DNA of 64,000 bases from an uncultured virus (IMG/VR IMGVR_UViG_3300029288_000146). Lineage: Duplodnaviria; Heunggongvirae; Uroviricota; Caudoviricetes. Numbering within the stretch: position 1 is the stretch's first letter; each line of letters starts with the position of its first letter. Below the pieces are notes generated by a model, which was given only the letters and a program-made list of their open reading frames with translations, did not search any database and was not told where the DNA came from. The translations under genes were made by a program, and so were the position numbers. The stretch is from IMG/VR virus record IMGVR_UViG_3300029288_000146; one strand, 5' to 3'. Positions 10,190 through 20,369 of the stretch are shown here, one piece after another.

Positions 10190-10983
10190 GGTCCAGCCGG
10201 GCCGCGCATGGCCTTAACGCGGGAAATACAAGCGGACGGTGTAGCGATGCAGGCGTGCATGAGTGATATATTCAGCCAGGGTCAACGCGGCGAGACGGTC
10301 AAGGGGGTTACGTGCTGCATTGATCTTGAATTGGCGGTTCCGCTATTCTTGGAAGATGCCGCCGGCGGAACCATGCAATGCGATTTTCGTAACCCGCGCA
10401 CGGGTGCCGGGTTGTCCTTTACTCTGCCCCTAGGGCCCGGGGAGCTGGTCGCAATCCATAACCATCGGTTGTTCCGGGGTTGTTCCCACAGCGACCGGGC
10501 GCGGTTGTTCGTCAAACACTTCTGGTCCGGCCTTGACGATCATCATCGCAGACTACTTGTATCTTTAGCGCAGGCGGATTAGACGATGCACTACATAACG
10601 ATTCAATTTCACTTCGGCAACAGTAAGATTCACACGCGGTTGCTTGATCCGAGTAATTGGGATTGGGCAATCGAGGTGTTACGCAAGCATGGTGCATGTA
10701 TTGTGTCAGCTTTTAGCGAGGTGTAGCAATGAGCAGAGTTTTCACAGCAGCTATGCCACGGGTTGACGCGGTTCGCCGCTGGCGGATCACCGAATACCTG
10801 GCGGATGGCCGCGAACGTCTGGCAGCAGAGTTTCGAGCCGGGGAGCAGGCGGCATACGCATATCTAGCAGAGTTGCGGGCATCGGGTTTGCGCTGTGAGC
10901 TGCTATGCCGTGTGTGGTGGGGCTGGGTGTGCGAACTGGCTCCCGGCGATCCGCGAGCGTGTGAATCCAGTAGGGGGTAAAAC

Positions 10984-11505
10984 GTGGCGGGTTACAGCGG
11001 GTACTCAAAGTCAAATAATGCAGTTGCGGCGGAAGAGGCGGGGTTGCTCACGGCGACAGCAGCGGCTAAGGCGTTACGCGCAGCGGGGTTACGGGGTTGC
11101 GACTCCCGCGCCGTTGCCTTGGTCCTAAATCCAGCAGAGTGGCACCATACGTCAAAGATGTACAATCGCACTCATTATTACGACTGCCGAGCGCTGCTGG
11201 CCTATCTGGCGGGTGCCGCCTGGGATGCGGACGCGGATTGGGCAGCGGATTACGATGATGAAGCCGCTTGGCAGCAGGATTGTGGGCGCCTGCGGGATGA
11301 ACTTGTGGAGCTGCTTAAGATCATGCGGGAATCCGCGCAGGCGCCGCTGGATGAACATGGGCGGCTGAGGTTCTACCTGCCGGATGGCGCATTGTGGTAC
11401 ACCGCCAAGCCAGCAGAGTTGACGAGAGAGGATTATAGGCGGTTCGCGGCGGGAGCCTGCCGCCGGCATGACGAAAGCACCCCGCCGGGTGGCGGGGCTG
11501 TGTAA
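10984..11505 (+). CDS. Conserved phage hypothetical protein
   Basis: GYSGYSKSNNAV.A...G and EWHHTSKMYNRTHYY motifs. Confidence 0.7.
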   Translation: MAGYSGYSKSNNAVAAEEAGLLTATAAAKALRAAGLRGCDSRAVALVLNPAEWHHTSKMYNRTHYYDCRALLAYLAGAAWDADADWAADYDDEAAWQQDCGRLRDELVELLKIMRESAQAPLDEHGRLRFYLPDGALWYTAKPAELTREDYRRFAAGACRRHDESTPPGGGAV

Positions 11506-11569
11506 CCGACCCCTACGAGTCAGCACGGGATTTTACCATAAAATCCAGCAGGGATTTTCCGGTTGGGGG

Positions 11570-11598
11570 TTGCGCACACAGTAATAATGTGGTATAGT
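11570..11598 (+). promoter_or_regulatory. Sigma70-type early promoter
   Basis: GGGG-TTGCGC-17-TATAGT with ATGTGG extension, as at 8348. Confidence 0.7.
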
Positions 11599-11953
11599 GT
11601 GGTGAGTGAATCGGAGAGGTGCCCGCGGGTCGGGAACGCGGCCGGGGCAGGGGGATTACGATGAGCAAGCAAGAAAGAAAAGCATACAAGCGAGCCCGGC
11701 GGGTGACGCGGCGACAAAAAGAGAAAAGCCTTGGCCTGCCTACCGGCAGTCTCACCCGTCAGCGCACAGCGCGCACTGAGGAAGAGCGCCTGCGTGACAG
11801 GGATGCGTTTTACGCCGCCAAGGAGGCGGCTGCGGGCGGTGACGACGGCGGGCAGGTGTAACCAGCAGGGTTAGACGAAAACCCCGGCGTTTGCGCACCG
11901 GGGTCCAGCGGAGCGGTTGCTCCACAGCAATTATACAGCGGAGAGGTGTAGGA

Positions 11954-13921
11954 ATGGATGCGACATTAGTTGATTCGGTTGTCTCGACGGCATATGGCCG
12001 TTTAGCAGGGTTGCCGTCCCCGGATTCGGCGGACGCCGAGCGCGTGGTTTGTGCGCTGGCGGCTGAGTGCGGTTTAGATGATGATGGTTTTCTCGTGGTG
12101 TGGGAAACCGTGGATGCCGCCGTGAGGTCGGGGAGCATCCCGCCCGTGGCATATCCAGCAGAGTTGAGCCAGCAGGCGGAAGCAGAGTTCGACCGCGATA
12201 ACAGCGTGGGGGAGAAGGGGTCGCCAGCCTGGGCTGCGCAACCAGCAGAGCCGGTAACGGCCGAGCAGATTGTACCGGGCATGACTGCGGCGCTATGCCT
12301 GGATGTTTACACGGGCCGCGAAGAGGCGGCGGCGGAGATTGCCATTGCGTGCGCGGATATGGATGATACCGCCGTGGCGGCGATCCGCGAACGGGTATCA
12401 CATGAGGTCTCGGAGTGCTACCCCGCTTACAGCGCAGCCAAAGACCGCTGCCAGAGCCTGCGGGATTGCATCTCCACCTGCGATGATGATGTCGCCGGGC
12501 TCATGCGGCAATCCCGGCGTCGGCTGCATGACTGGGAACGGGAAAGCATGTCCAAACAGCAGATAGCCGAGATGCGCGCGGGGTTGCGCGCTGAGGCGGA
12601 ACAACGGAAGAGCAAAGGCGATGAGGCCGCGCAGCAGATTGACGCAGCACAGCGGGAGCTGGATGCGATCCAGTATCGCTTTGACCGCCTGAATTTCGGG
12701 CTCGATGTGCTGTGCCGCATCTGTGACGGTCGCGCCCGTGCGGCGGAAGAAGCCCGGAGAGCGGCGGTTGCGGCTGAACGGGCGGCAAATCCCCTGGTGC
12801 TGGTGGTTGACCAAAAGTCCTTTGCGGGGGTGCTGAAAGAAGTGAGCCCCGCCATGCCGGGGCGCAGTGTCAATGCCGCGTTGACGTATCTGCATCTCAC
12901 ACTGGCAGATGAACACACGACGCTGCTTGCCAGTAACGGCGATCTGACCATCGAGCGGAGTATTCCCCTCAACGGCGAGCCCGGCGATGTTTATGTTCCC
13001 GGTGCTGCGTTTGAGGCGGCGGTCAAGGGCTTCGGCAAGGGCAAGCTAGTTATCTCTCACGACGCCGAAGCCGTGACGGTCTCGCGGGATGCCGCAGTAC
13101 AGCGGATTCCCGCCGTCTTTGAGCTGCCGCACCCGCTGATACCTGAGATCACAGCAGACACGCAAGGTTACTCGCTGCCGGCGGGGGCGCTGAAAGCGGC
13201 GCTGCGGAACACCGCCTATGCCGCCGAGCGGGAGAGCATCACGGGCGCAATCCGCTACACTAACGGCGTATTGCTGCACTACCACGCGTGCCGCGTTGAT
13301 GTGGTAGCGACCGATGGATACCGCCTGTCTCTGTACAGGATACCCGGCGTCGATACCCGGGATTACGATTGGAGCTGGCTGATTCCCGTGCGGGCCGCGC
13401 AGGCACTTGAACGCCTGTTGCCGGATGATGACGAAATCGTGGTTTCGCTGGCGGCGGCCTCCAATCAGGTGCTCATCGAGTGGCCGGGGTTCCGCGTGTC
13501 AACGGTGGTACTCGATGTGAAGTTCCCGCCCTATGAGCGCGTGATACCCAATGAGGTTACGAGCAAGGTTCACTTCGCCCGTGAGCATCTTACCGCCGCC
13601 CTGAAAGCCGCCCTGCCCGTCTGCCGGAACAGCCACGGGAATCAGGTTGTTGACCTGTGCTCTGGTGAGGGGGTGGCGGACGGGAAGTGCCGGATTTCCG
13701 CCAGCGGCGAGCGGGGGGAGTACAGCGAGGACGTGGATTGCGAACGCCTGGGGCCGGATGTGCGAGTGGCGCTGCCGCCGGGTTTCATCCTGGATATGCT
13801 CAAGTCTACCAGCGGCGATCAGGTTACGCTGTGTTGGAATGCGGACCGCCAGCCGGTGATGTTCTGGGTCTCGCGGGAACCGAGCTTCACGTACATTGTC
13901 ATGCCGTGTAACCCCGACTAG
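11954..13921 (+). CDS. dnaN: DNA polymerase III beta sliding clamp with ~280-aa N-terminal extension
   Basis: VVATDGYRL, KFPPYERVIP and C-terminal YIVMP motifs; start 11954 follows the GGAGAGGTGTAG leader. Confidence 0.85.
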   Translation: MDATLVDSVVSTAYGRLAGLPSPDSADAERVVCALAAECGLDDDGFLVVWETVDAAVRSGSIPPVAYPAELSQQAEAEFDRDNSVGEKGSPAWAAQPAEPVTAEQIVPGMTAALCLDVYTGREEAAAEIAIACADMDDTAVAAIRERVSHEVSECYPAYSAAKDRCQSLRDCISTCDDDVAGLMRQSRRRLHDWERESMSKQQIAEMRAGLRAEAEQRKSKGDEAAQQIDAAQRELDAIQYRFDRLNFGLDVLCRICDGRARAAEEARRAAVAAERAANPLVLVVDQKSFAGVLKEVSPAMPGRSVNAALTYLHLTLADEHTTLLASNGDLTIERSIPLNGEPGDVYVPGAAFEAAVKGFGKGKLVISHDAEAVTVSRDAAVQRIPAVFELPHPLIPEITADTQGYSLPAGALKAALRNTAYAAERESITGAIRYTNGVLLHYHACRVDVVATDGYRLSLYRIPGVDTRDYDWSWLIPVRAAQALERLLPDDDEIVVSLAAASNQVLIEWPGFRVSTVVLDVKFPPYERVIPNEVTSKVHFAREHLTAALKAALPVCRNSHGNQVVDLCSGEGVADGKCRISASGERGEYSEDVDCERLGPDVRVALPPGFILDMLKSTSGDQVTLCWNADRQPVMFWVSREPSFTYIVMPCNPD

Positions 13922-15062
13922 GCCAGCGAAACGGCTAGCTACGGCTGGCCGTCTACCCGGAGCCGATAATGCCGGGTACCGATGAGCTAAGGAAAACCCG
14001 CCAGTTACCCGGCGGGCTACAAGCGGGGGTGTAGCAACCCCCGGAGCGATTATAACATGATTGGAGGTGCGGACGTGTCACAGGGTTACATCATCGTAGA
14101 CAGCCACGAATGGGGGCTGGGTCCGGCTGTGCCCGTGCCGGATGCGGGAAGCTACGAGCGCGAAGCGTTGGAGGCGCGCTTGGAGGGTGAACACGACGAC
14201 CTGGCCGGCGCCGAGGTTTACGAGGTGGTCAAGGTCAAGGCGGACGGGTTCTTGGTGACCAACACCGATCCCATCCGCGTGGTTTGGTGGCCGGATGAGG
14301 GTGTCGGGGCTGTGCTGGACAACGCGGGGTGCTACTGGGCCAAGCGGCGCGCCCCCATTGACGTTCTGGCGGGGTGGCTGCGCGGTGAAAGCTACGACGG
14401 AGCCGGTGTCTCCCGGTAGTGGATTCCAGCAGAGTTAGCAGGGTCTAGCATCCGGCGCTAGTGTCGGCGGTCATGGGTTGCCCCGGGCCAGTGGTTGCGG
14501 GGCGAGGAGTAGGTGGCGATGAGCAAGTTCCTGTTGAACGGCCCCATGGGTTTTCCCGAGATTGAAGCAGACACACTACAAGGAGCAATCCGCTTGTGCT
14601 CCAAGTTTTATTCTGGGATTCACTGCGAACCAAAGGACAAAACGTTTTATTATGATGTTGAGGTTTACGAGATTGTATATCGAAAGACAATTTATTTTAG
14701 TGAAGGTGGCTCAATGCGCAAGTCGTTGCCTGCTGGATGCCGAGTAGCAGGCGGCAAGTAGCACAGTCCGGGCGATAGTCGCGGACGAGGAGTAGGGAGC
14801 GATGACGCAAATAGACGACAGGGTATCGGGGTTGCTGGAGAACGCAGTGTGTCCAGCGTGGCGCGAGTGTTCGACTGTCGAACTTCTTCGGGCATTGGAC
14901 AAGTTGCTAACCATCCCATTGGAGCCGCGTAGCGTGGCTGACCTTCGGCGGGTTGATGCGATTGACGATATCCGTGAGTTGATCCGTGAGCGGCTTGGTA
15001 TCCAGCATGTAACGTTGACCTAGCCAGCGGGTCTTTAGGCTGGCGATAGTGTGTGAGGTGAG

Positions 15063-15506
15063 ATGATGAAGCGAAAATGCGGGTGCGGCGGCACGATCAG
15101 GGCGCACTACTACGTTGAGTTTAGGTGTGACGGGTGCGGAGATGTCAATCACAATCCGCTGATTCGTCGCCCGCGCGGTAACACTGGATGGGTTGACGAG
15201 CAGCAGCAGGAAATCGACCGGCTCAAGGACGAAAGGGCGGCCCTGAGCGCGGCGGTGGTCAAGGGTGCCGAAAAGGTCAGGATGCTCGAATACCGGGTTG
15301 AGAACCTTGAGGCGATCATCCGCGAGCTGGTGGCAGCGGGGGGCTCGGTGATTGAATATGACCGTGCCTGGTGGAGAGAATACTACAAGGGGCCGGGGTG
15401 CTTCGTCGCAAGCGGTTCTAGCTCTAACGCACTAATCGGTATTACGTTTGACGAACTTCACGCATTGGCAGGGTTGCTAGACAAGGCGAAGGAGGCGGTG
15501 AAGTGA
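15063..15506 (+). CDS. Zn-ribbon/coiled-coil protein
   Basis: CGCG..CDGC; shares EIDRLK, IRELVAA and DKA.EAVK with the next ORF. Confidence 0.55.
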   Translation: MMKRKCGCGGTIRAHYYVEFRCDGCGDVNHNPLIRRPRGNTGWVDEQQQEIDRLKDERAALSAAVVKGAEKVRMLEYRVENLEAIIRELVAAGGSVIEYDRAWWREYYKGPGCFVASGSSSNALIGITFDELHALAGLLDKAKEAVK

Positions 15507-15941
15507 TGAAAGAAGCGTTGCAGGCGGCGCGTGCGCTGGACGACGAATTGGGCGTGGCTTACCAGGAAATCGACCGGCTGAAGGAGATCATCGGGGAGCG
15601 TGATGAGCTGATCCGCGAGCTGGTGGCGGCGGCAGTGAACGCTGGGGAGTGGATTAGAAACAACTCGGATGCGGACGATTGGCCGTTCTGCCTGGATACT
15701 CTCCTGAACAGGATCGACAAGGCGAGGGAGGCGGTGAAGTGAACAGAATCGTAATCAGCAAACCAGCGTATGCCATGGTTGCGCGCGGCGATCCTCCAAG
15801 GTACATGTGCGGTGTGTCTTTCGTCCGCAATGGTCATAAACGATGCTTGGAGGGTTTCGAGGCTCCAACCGCTGAGGAGTGTACGCAAATGGCGGTGGAC
15901 TGGTTGTGCGAACTGATTGAGGCGGCTAAGGAGGCGGTGCG

Positions 15942-16199
15942 GTGACCACCTGGATCAGCACAGCAGAGGCGGCGGGTCTAGCAGGGTGCAGCACGCAGCG
16001 GGTGCGGAAACTCTGCGCTGAGGGTAAGCTGACCTACCGCCGCGAGTTCCGCGACCAATCCCGCCACCGCAACCGCGCCACCCTGTGGATCGACCAGGCG
16101 GCGTTGGTGACGTGGTTGGGGAGTGACCGGCGGATGAGGTACAGCGGGATGTTAAAGATGGGGGAGAGAAAACGGGTAGCCGCAGAGGACGCGAAGTAA
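15942..16199 (+). CDS. Excisionase-like HTH protein
   Basis: ISTAEAAGLAGCSTQRVRKLCAEGKL (HTH_17-like), directly upstream of the recombinases. Confidence 0.75.
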   Translation: MTTWISTAEAAGLAGCSTQRVRKLCAEGKLTYRREFRDQSRHRNRATLWIDQAALVTWLGSDRRMRYSGMLKMGERKRVAAEDAK

Positions 16200-16201
16200 A
16201 A

Positions 16202-17104
16202 ATGCAGCAGAGTTTACAGCCACCCGAGCCACGCAGTATGCGGTTCTACCGCGAGATGTTCGTGCGCGCACACTACCGGCTGACCTCAGCCGAGCAGTTC
16301 GGTAGGCGGGTGCAGCGCTGGGCGGAATCGGGGTTGGACGCGCAGACGTACATCGCTGCGGCTCCGGGTAAGGACGAGTTCAAAGCCAGGCGGGCGGCGA
16401 TTGCCGGATACCTGAAAATACGCGACCTACCGGAACCGCCGAGGAATCCCGCGACCATCCCGGCGCCATCGGAGAGCGACTTGCTTCCGCCCATCCCGAG
16501 GATCATGCCGCCACCGCCGGGGACTCCCACGGCCGAGCAGATGCACGCGTGGTTACGCGCGCTTCAGGGTATCAACCTCACGGCTTACACGTCCGCAGTG
16601 TTGATCTACTCGACGGGTATCCGCGCGGCGGAGTTTGAATCCCTGCGGTTGGACGACCTGCGGCTGGACGACCGCGAGCTACTGGTGCGGGGCAAGGGCG
16701 GGAAAGAGCGGTGGGTGGTGTTTGGGCGCGTGGCGCAGAATGCCCTGCGGTACTACCTGCGGGTGCTGCGGCCCATAGAAGCCGTTGACACTGAGCGGTT
16801 GTTTATCGAGCGCGGGCAGCCCTACACGGCCACGAGGTTACGCGCGGCGCTGCATAAGGCCGCCACGGCAGCCGGGATTACTGAACCCCTGATGATCATT
16901 CACGGCCTGCGGCATGCCTGCGCTACCCACCTGCGCCAGGGTGGTATGAACATCCGCTACATCCAGGCGCTGCTGGGTCACGAATCCCTGGATGAGACCG
17001 CGCGGTATCTACAGTTGACCAAGGAAGAGCTGCGCGCGGAACTTCTGCCCATCCATCCGGGGGAAGATCGCGCGCTCGTGGAGGCCAACGAATGGGTCGT
17101 GTAA
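16202..17104 (+). CDS. Tyrosine recombinase (XerC/D-like) 1
   Basis: TGIRAAE, GKGGKER, HGLRH, LLGH and TARY catalytic set. Confidence 0.92.
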   Translation: MQQSLQPPEPRSMRFYREMFVRAHYRLTSAEQFGRRVQRWAESGLDAQTYIAAAPGKDEFKARRAAIAGYLKIRDLPEPPRNPATIPAPSESDLLPPIPRIMPPPPGTPTAEQMHAWLRALQGINLTAYTSAVLIYSTGIRAAEFESLRLDDLRLDDRELLVRGKGGKERWVVFGRVAQNALRYYLRVLRPIEAVDTERLFIERGQPYTATRLRAALHKAATAAGITEPLMIIHGLRHACATHLRQGGMNIRYIQALLGHESLDETARYLQLTKEELRAELLPIHPGEDRALVEANEWVV

Positions 17105-17691
17105 GTTTCCCCAAGAAGCTCCCGAAAGCACATAAAGAGGATGAAGTCCAGCGGATGCTGGCGCACGCCGACCGGAAGACACCGCAGGGTATTAGGGACC
17201 GCGCGATGCTTGAGATGCTTTACCAAGGGGGACTGCGGGTTAGCGAACTGGCGGATTTGCACGTCGAGGATGTGGAACTGGATGCCCAGCGGGGTCAGTA
17301 CATCATCATCCGGCGGGCGAAGTACGACAGCCAGCGAGAAGTACCGATCACCCGGAGCCTGCTGGTGTGGTTGCAGCGGTATGCGGCAGTGCGCTCACAA
17401 CTCAGCACCAAGGCGCATGAGTGTCCCTACTACTTCATCGGCAAACAGGGTCAGCTCACGCGGCAGTTCATCGGCCAGGTGGCGCGGCAACACGCAAGGG
17501 CTGTGGGCTTGAGCGGGTCGGCTCATGCCCTGCGCCACAGCATCGCAACCCACGTTCTCCGCGCCGGCGGCGACCTCCGCATGGTACAGCGCCTCCTGGG
17601 TCACGTCAGGTTGACATCCACACAGGTCTACACGGCCGTCGAACTCTCCGATCTCAAGAAGGCTTACGATGGCGCTCACCCGCTCGCGTGA
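17092..17691 (+). CDS. Tyrosine recombinase (XerC/D-like) 2, catalytic domain only
   Basis: RDRAMLEMLY.GLRVSEL, HALRHS.ATH, LLGH and TQVY; 199 aa. Confidence 0.9.
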   Translation: MGRVSFPKKLPKAHKEDEVQRMLAHADRKTPQGIRDRAMLEMLYQGGLRVSELADLHVEDVELDAQRGQYIIIRRAKYDSQREVPITRSLLVWLQRYAAVRSQLSTKAHECPYYFIGKQGQLTRQFIGQVARQHARAVGLSGSAHALRHSIATHVLRAGGDLRMVQRLLGHVRLTSTQVYTAVELSDLKKAYDGAHPLA

Positions 17692-17831
17692 TACCCCTCA
17701 GATGTGTGGAGGTTGTAATTCGGATAATGGGTATCCGAAATATTGGAGAAGGCATCCGGGAGAGGGGAATCGACCGGGGAGAATCGGCGTGGCTCTATTA
17801 TCAGCAGAGTTTTGACAGCAGAGTTTTCGTA

Positions 17832-18469
17832 TCACTCTATGACCAGCCGTAACTCGCGGTCGAATGCCCCGCTTTGGCCGGGGTGTGTGTAATACGCTGT
17901 CATCAACCACCGTGCGGCGTCCTGTGCTGCTAGTTTGTTCCCCCATTCTATCCCGCGCGTAATCGAATCAGCGGCGGCATCGGCGAGTTGCGATATGCTG
18001 TAGTCAATCTTCCGCATCCCGCCCGCGACCCATTCCGCATCCTTGGGGTTCCGATTGGTTCCGCCCACCCAACCATCCGCCCATTCCTTCAATCGTGGTT
18101 CGTCGCAAACCAGTGTTGCGCACTTAATGGCGGCGGACAACAGATTCTCTTCACTGATCTGCGGCAGTGGTATTGGCTCGATGACCCGGCATTCCGTGAC
18201 CAGCCGGATAATGCCCGATTTCTTGCTCGCACCCGGCGTTCCCCCCTCCACAGTATCACGTCTTTGTGTTTGTATCCATCCAAGAAAGCGTGCAGGGGAT
18301 CGTCATAACAGACGGTTTCGTACCAATACGGAGCGCCGAGCATCCCGGTGTTGATGCGCTCGAAGTATGTCTCGTCCCTCACCCATTCCCCAGGCTGCCA
18401 TATCCGAAAACCATCCATGCTCTGGTGGTCGCCCCGCGTCAACATGTACATCTGTGTGATGTCGCTCAT
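17832..18469 (-). CDS. Phage hypothetical protein split by a frameshift at a G6 run
   Basis: ORFs 18089..18475 and 17832..18251 join in the -1 frame at AGG GGG GAA (18239-18247). Confidence 0.5.
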
Positions 18470-18487
18470 ATTCACTCCTTTGGTGGG

Positions 18488-19228
18488 TTACAGCTTCTCA
18501 TCCAGGTCTACGTGGTCGATGAACGCGTAGATACCCTTGACTTCCTCAATGACCTTGAAAGGCAACCAGCGGTTAAGGTGGGTAAAGAATTTCATCCCCC
18601 GGTCACTCCGGTAGATGCACGCCAGCCGCCAGAAGGCCATCTCCACCGCCGCGCAGATGTCCTCGTGAACCATCAGGTCGCGGGTTATCTCCCGCTGGAA
18701 TATCCTCGTGAACCGCGCCGCATACTGGCTGTGGTGGGGCTTGTTGTGAATGGCAGCGAAGATCGCCAGCATGTAGGGGTTCATCCGCTCGCGCAGGCGC
18801 TGGTAAAACCGTTCATCGCCATCCGGAACCACAGCTTCCGCCAGTTCGTCAATCGACGCTGAGGCCAGTCCTATACAGGCGTTACCATAATCTCGTTTCA
18901 AGGACTGCTCATACGTTAAGTAAAAGCCGTTCTGCACCCGCGAGAGTGTCATGGCTGAAAGGTGGGCCAGGTTCTGGTGGGCGAGTGCGGCTTGACATTC
19001 ACGGATGGTTCCCTGTGGGTGTTCATCAAACCACTCGGCGGCATACGTGAGGGAGCGGGGGTTCTGGCGGTGGGAGCGTGGACCGGGGCGTTTGGGGTCG
19101 CGGCGATGGGAGAGGATGTTGTTTACGCCCTGGACGGTGAGGCCGAAGTGGGCGGCGATCTCCCGTGTGGGCTCACCACGACGACGGGCGGCGCGGATGG
19201 CTTCCCAGAGGTCGCGGCGGTCAGTCAT
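18488..19228 (-). CDS. HTH protein with C-terminal sigma region-2-like segment
   Basis: N-terminal TREIAAHFGLTVQGVNNIL HTH; C-terminal AFWRLACIYRSDRGMKFFTHLNRW. Confidence 0.6.
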   Translation of the reverse strand: MTDRRDLWEAIRAARRRGEPTREIAAHFGLTVQGVNNILSHRRDPKRPGPRSHRQNPRSLTYAAEWFDEHPQGTIRECQAALAHQNLAHLSAMTLSRVQNGFYLTYEQSLKRDYGNACIGLASASIDELAEAVVPDGDERFYQRLRERMNPYMLAIFAAIHNKPHHSQYAARFTRIFQREITRDLMVHEDICAAVEMAFWRLACIYRSDRGMKFFTHLNRWLPFKVIEEVKGIYAFIDHVDLDEKL

Positions 19229-20369
19229 TGATGGACTCCATCTCAGCGGCGGGCACCTCAACGAACAGCCCCCGCTGTGCGGTGCGCTTGCGTGCAAGCT
19301 CGATGTACTGTTGGTTAAGTTCGATCCCCACCCATCTACGCCCTAGCCGTTCCGCCACTTCGCCGGTCGTGCCGCTGCCCATGAACGGGTCAAGCACAAT
19401 GCCGCCAGGTGGACAGCCTGCCAGGATGCAGCGGCGCGGTAGCTCGGTGGGGAACGTGGCGAAGTGTGCTCCCGGGTATGGTTCCGTGGCAATAGTCCAT
19501 ACGTCGCGGGCGTTGCGGGCTGACGGGTAGCCGTCGTATGGTGCGCCGCCGCCATTCTCGCGCTGTGTCCTTCCGTCCATTTGCCACGCGCCCTTGCTAC
19601 CGACCGGCCTGCGTGTTTCGTTCGGATAGATAAGCGGTTCCGCAATCGCCGCCGCGTCGTACCAATACTTCGCGCTCTTGCTCAGTAGGAATACGTGCTC
19701 GTGGCTCTTGGTAGGCCGGTCGGTAACAGATTCGGGCATGGGGTTAGGTTTAGCCCAGATGATGTCTGAGCGCAGATACCAGCCAGCGGCTTGCAGCGCA
19801 AAGGCCACACGCCAGGGAATGCCGATGAGGTCTTTGGGTTTAGTTCCTGGCGGCTGCGGCATGACGGTTGTTCTATCTCTGGCCGGTAGACGTTTGTTGG
19901 CATTGAATCCCGCCCCGGTATTGGCGTTGTATGTGTCCCCCAGATTCAGCCAGCACGTCCCGTCTGGTTTCAGCACCCGACGCACTTGCTCGAATACAGC
20001 AACCATGCTGGCAACGTAGGCTTCCGGCGTGGATTCGAGTCCGAGTTGCTGGTCAATGCGTACAGCTCCACAGCGGGGGCAGATGTTTCGGTAGCCTTCG
20101 TGTTGATGGCCCGTGGTGGCCTTCCCGCCGTCTAGCGTGCTGCTGGCAACCCCGCGCCGCAGCGGGGTATCCGCTGGGGAGTGGTCACACTCCGGATCGC
20201 CGCCTTCCCATTGCGCCGTGCCATAATCACGCAATCCCCAATACGGCGGGCTGGTGACGCAGCAGTCAATGCACCCGTCCGGCCAGCCGCGCATAACATC
20301 TAGGCAGTCGCCGCAGTAGATCGTGCCGGGAGTCGGTTCCGCTTTGTCTGCCTGGGGCTTACGCTGCAT
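19221..20369 (-). CDS. Site-specific DNA methyltransferase (N4-C/N6-A, beta class)
   Basis: GDCLDV, VTSPPY, HFATFP and LDPFMGSGTT motifs. Confidence 0.93.
   Translation of the reverse strand: MQRKPQADKAEPTPGTIYCGDCLDVMRGWPDGCIDCCVTSPPYWGLRDYGTAQWEGGDPECDHSPADTPLRRGVASSTLDGGKATTGHQHEGYRNICPRCGAVRIDQQLGLESTPEAYVASMVAVFEQVRRVLKPDGTCWLNLGDTYNANTGAGFNANKRLPARDRTTVMPQPPGTKPKDLIGIPWRVAFALQAAGWYLRSDIIWAKPNPMPESVTDRPTKSHEHVFLLSKSAKYWYDAAAIAEPLIYPNETRRPVGSKGAWQMDGRTQRENGGGAPYDGYPSARNARDVWTIATEPYPGAHFATFPTELPRRCILAGCPPGGIVLDPFMGSGTTGEVAERLGRRWVGIELNQQYIELARKRTAQRGLFVEVPAAEMESIND

Larger units (their letters stand above)
8837..17824 (+). repeat. Dispersed polar AGCAGAGT motif (about 15 exact copies)
   Basis: Copies start at 8837, 8851, 9149, 9163, 9421, 10732, 10824, 10866, 11133, 11412, 12157, 12181, 14428, 16206, 17803 and 17817. 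Confidence 0.85.

Noticed and set aside
17717..17744. Canonical dif site
   Set aside because: The left arm resembles a XerC arm, but the spacer length and the XerD arm (TTATGTTAAAT) do not match
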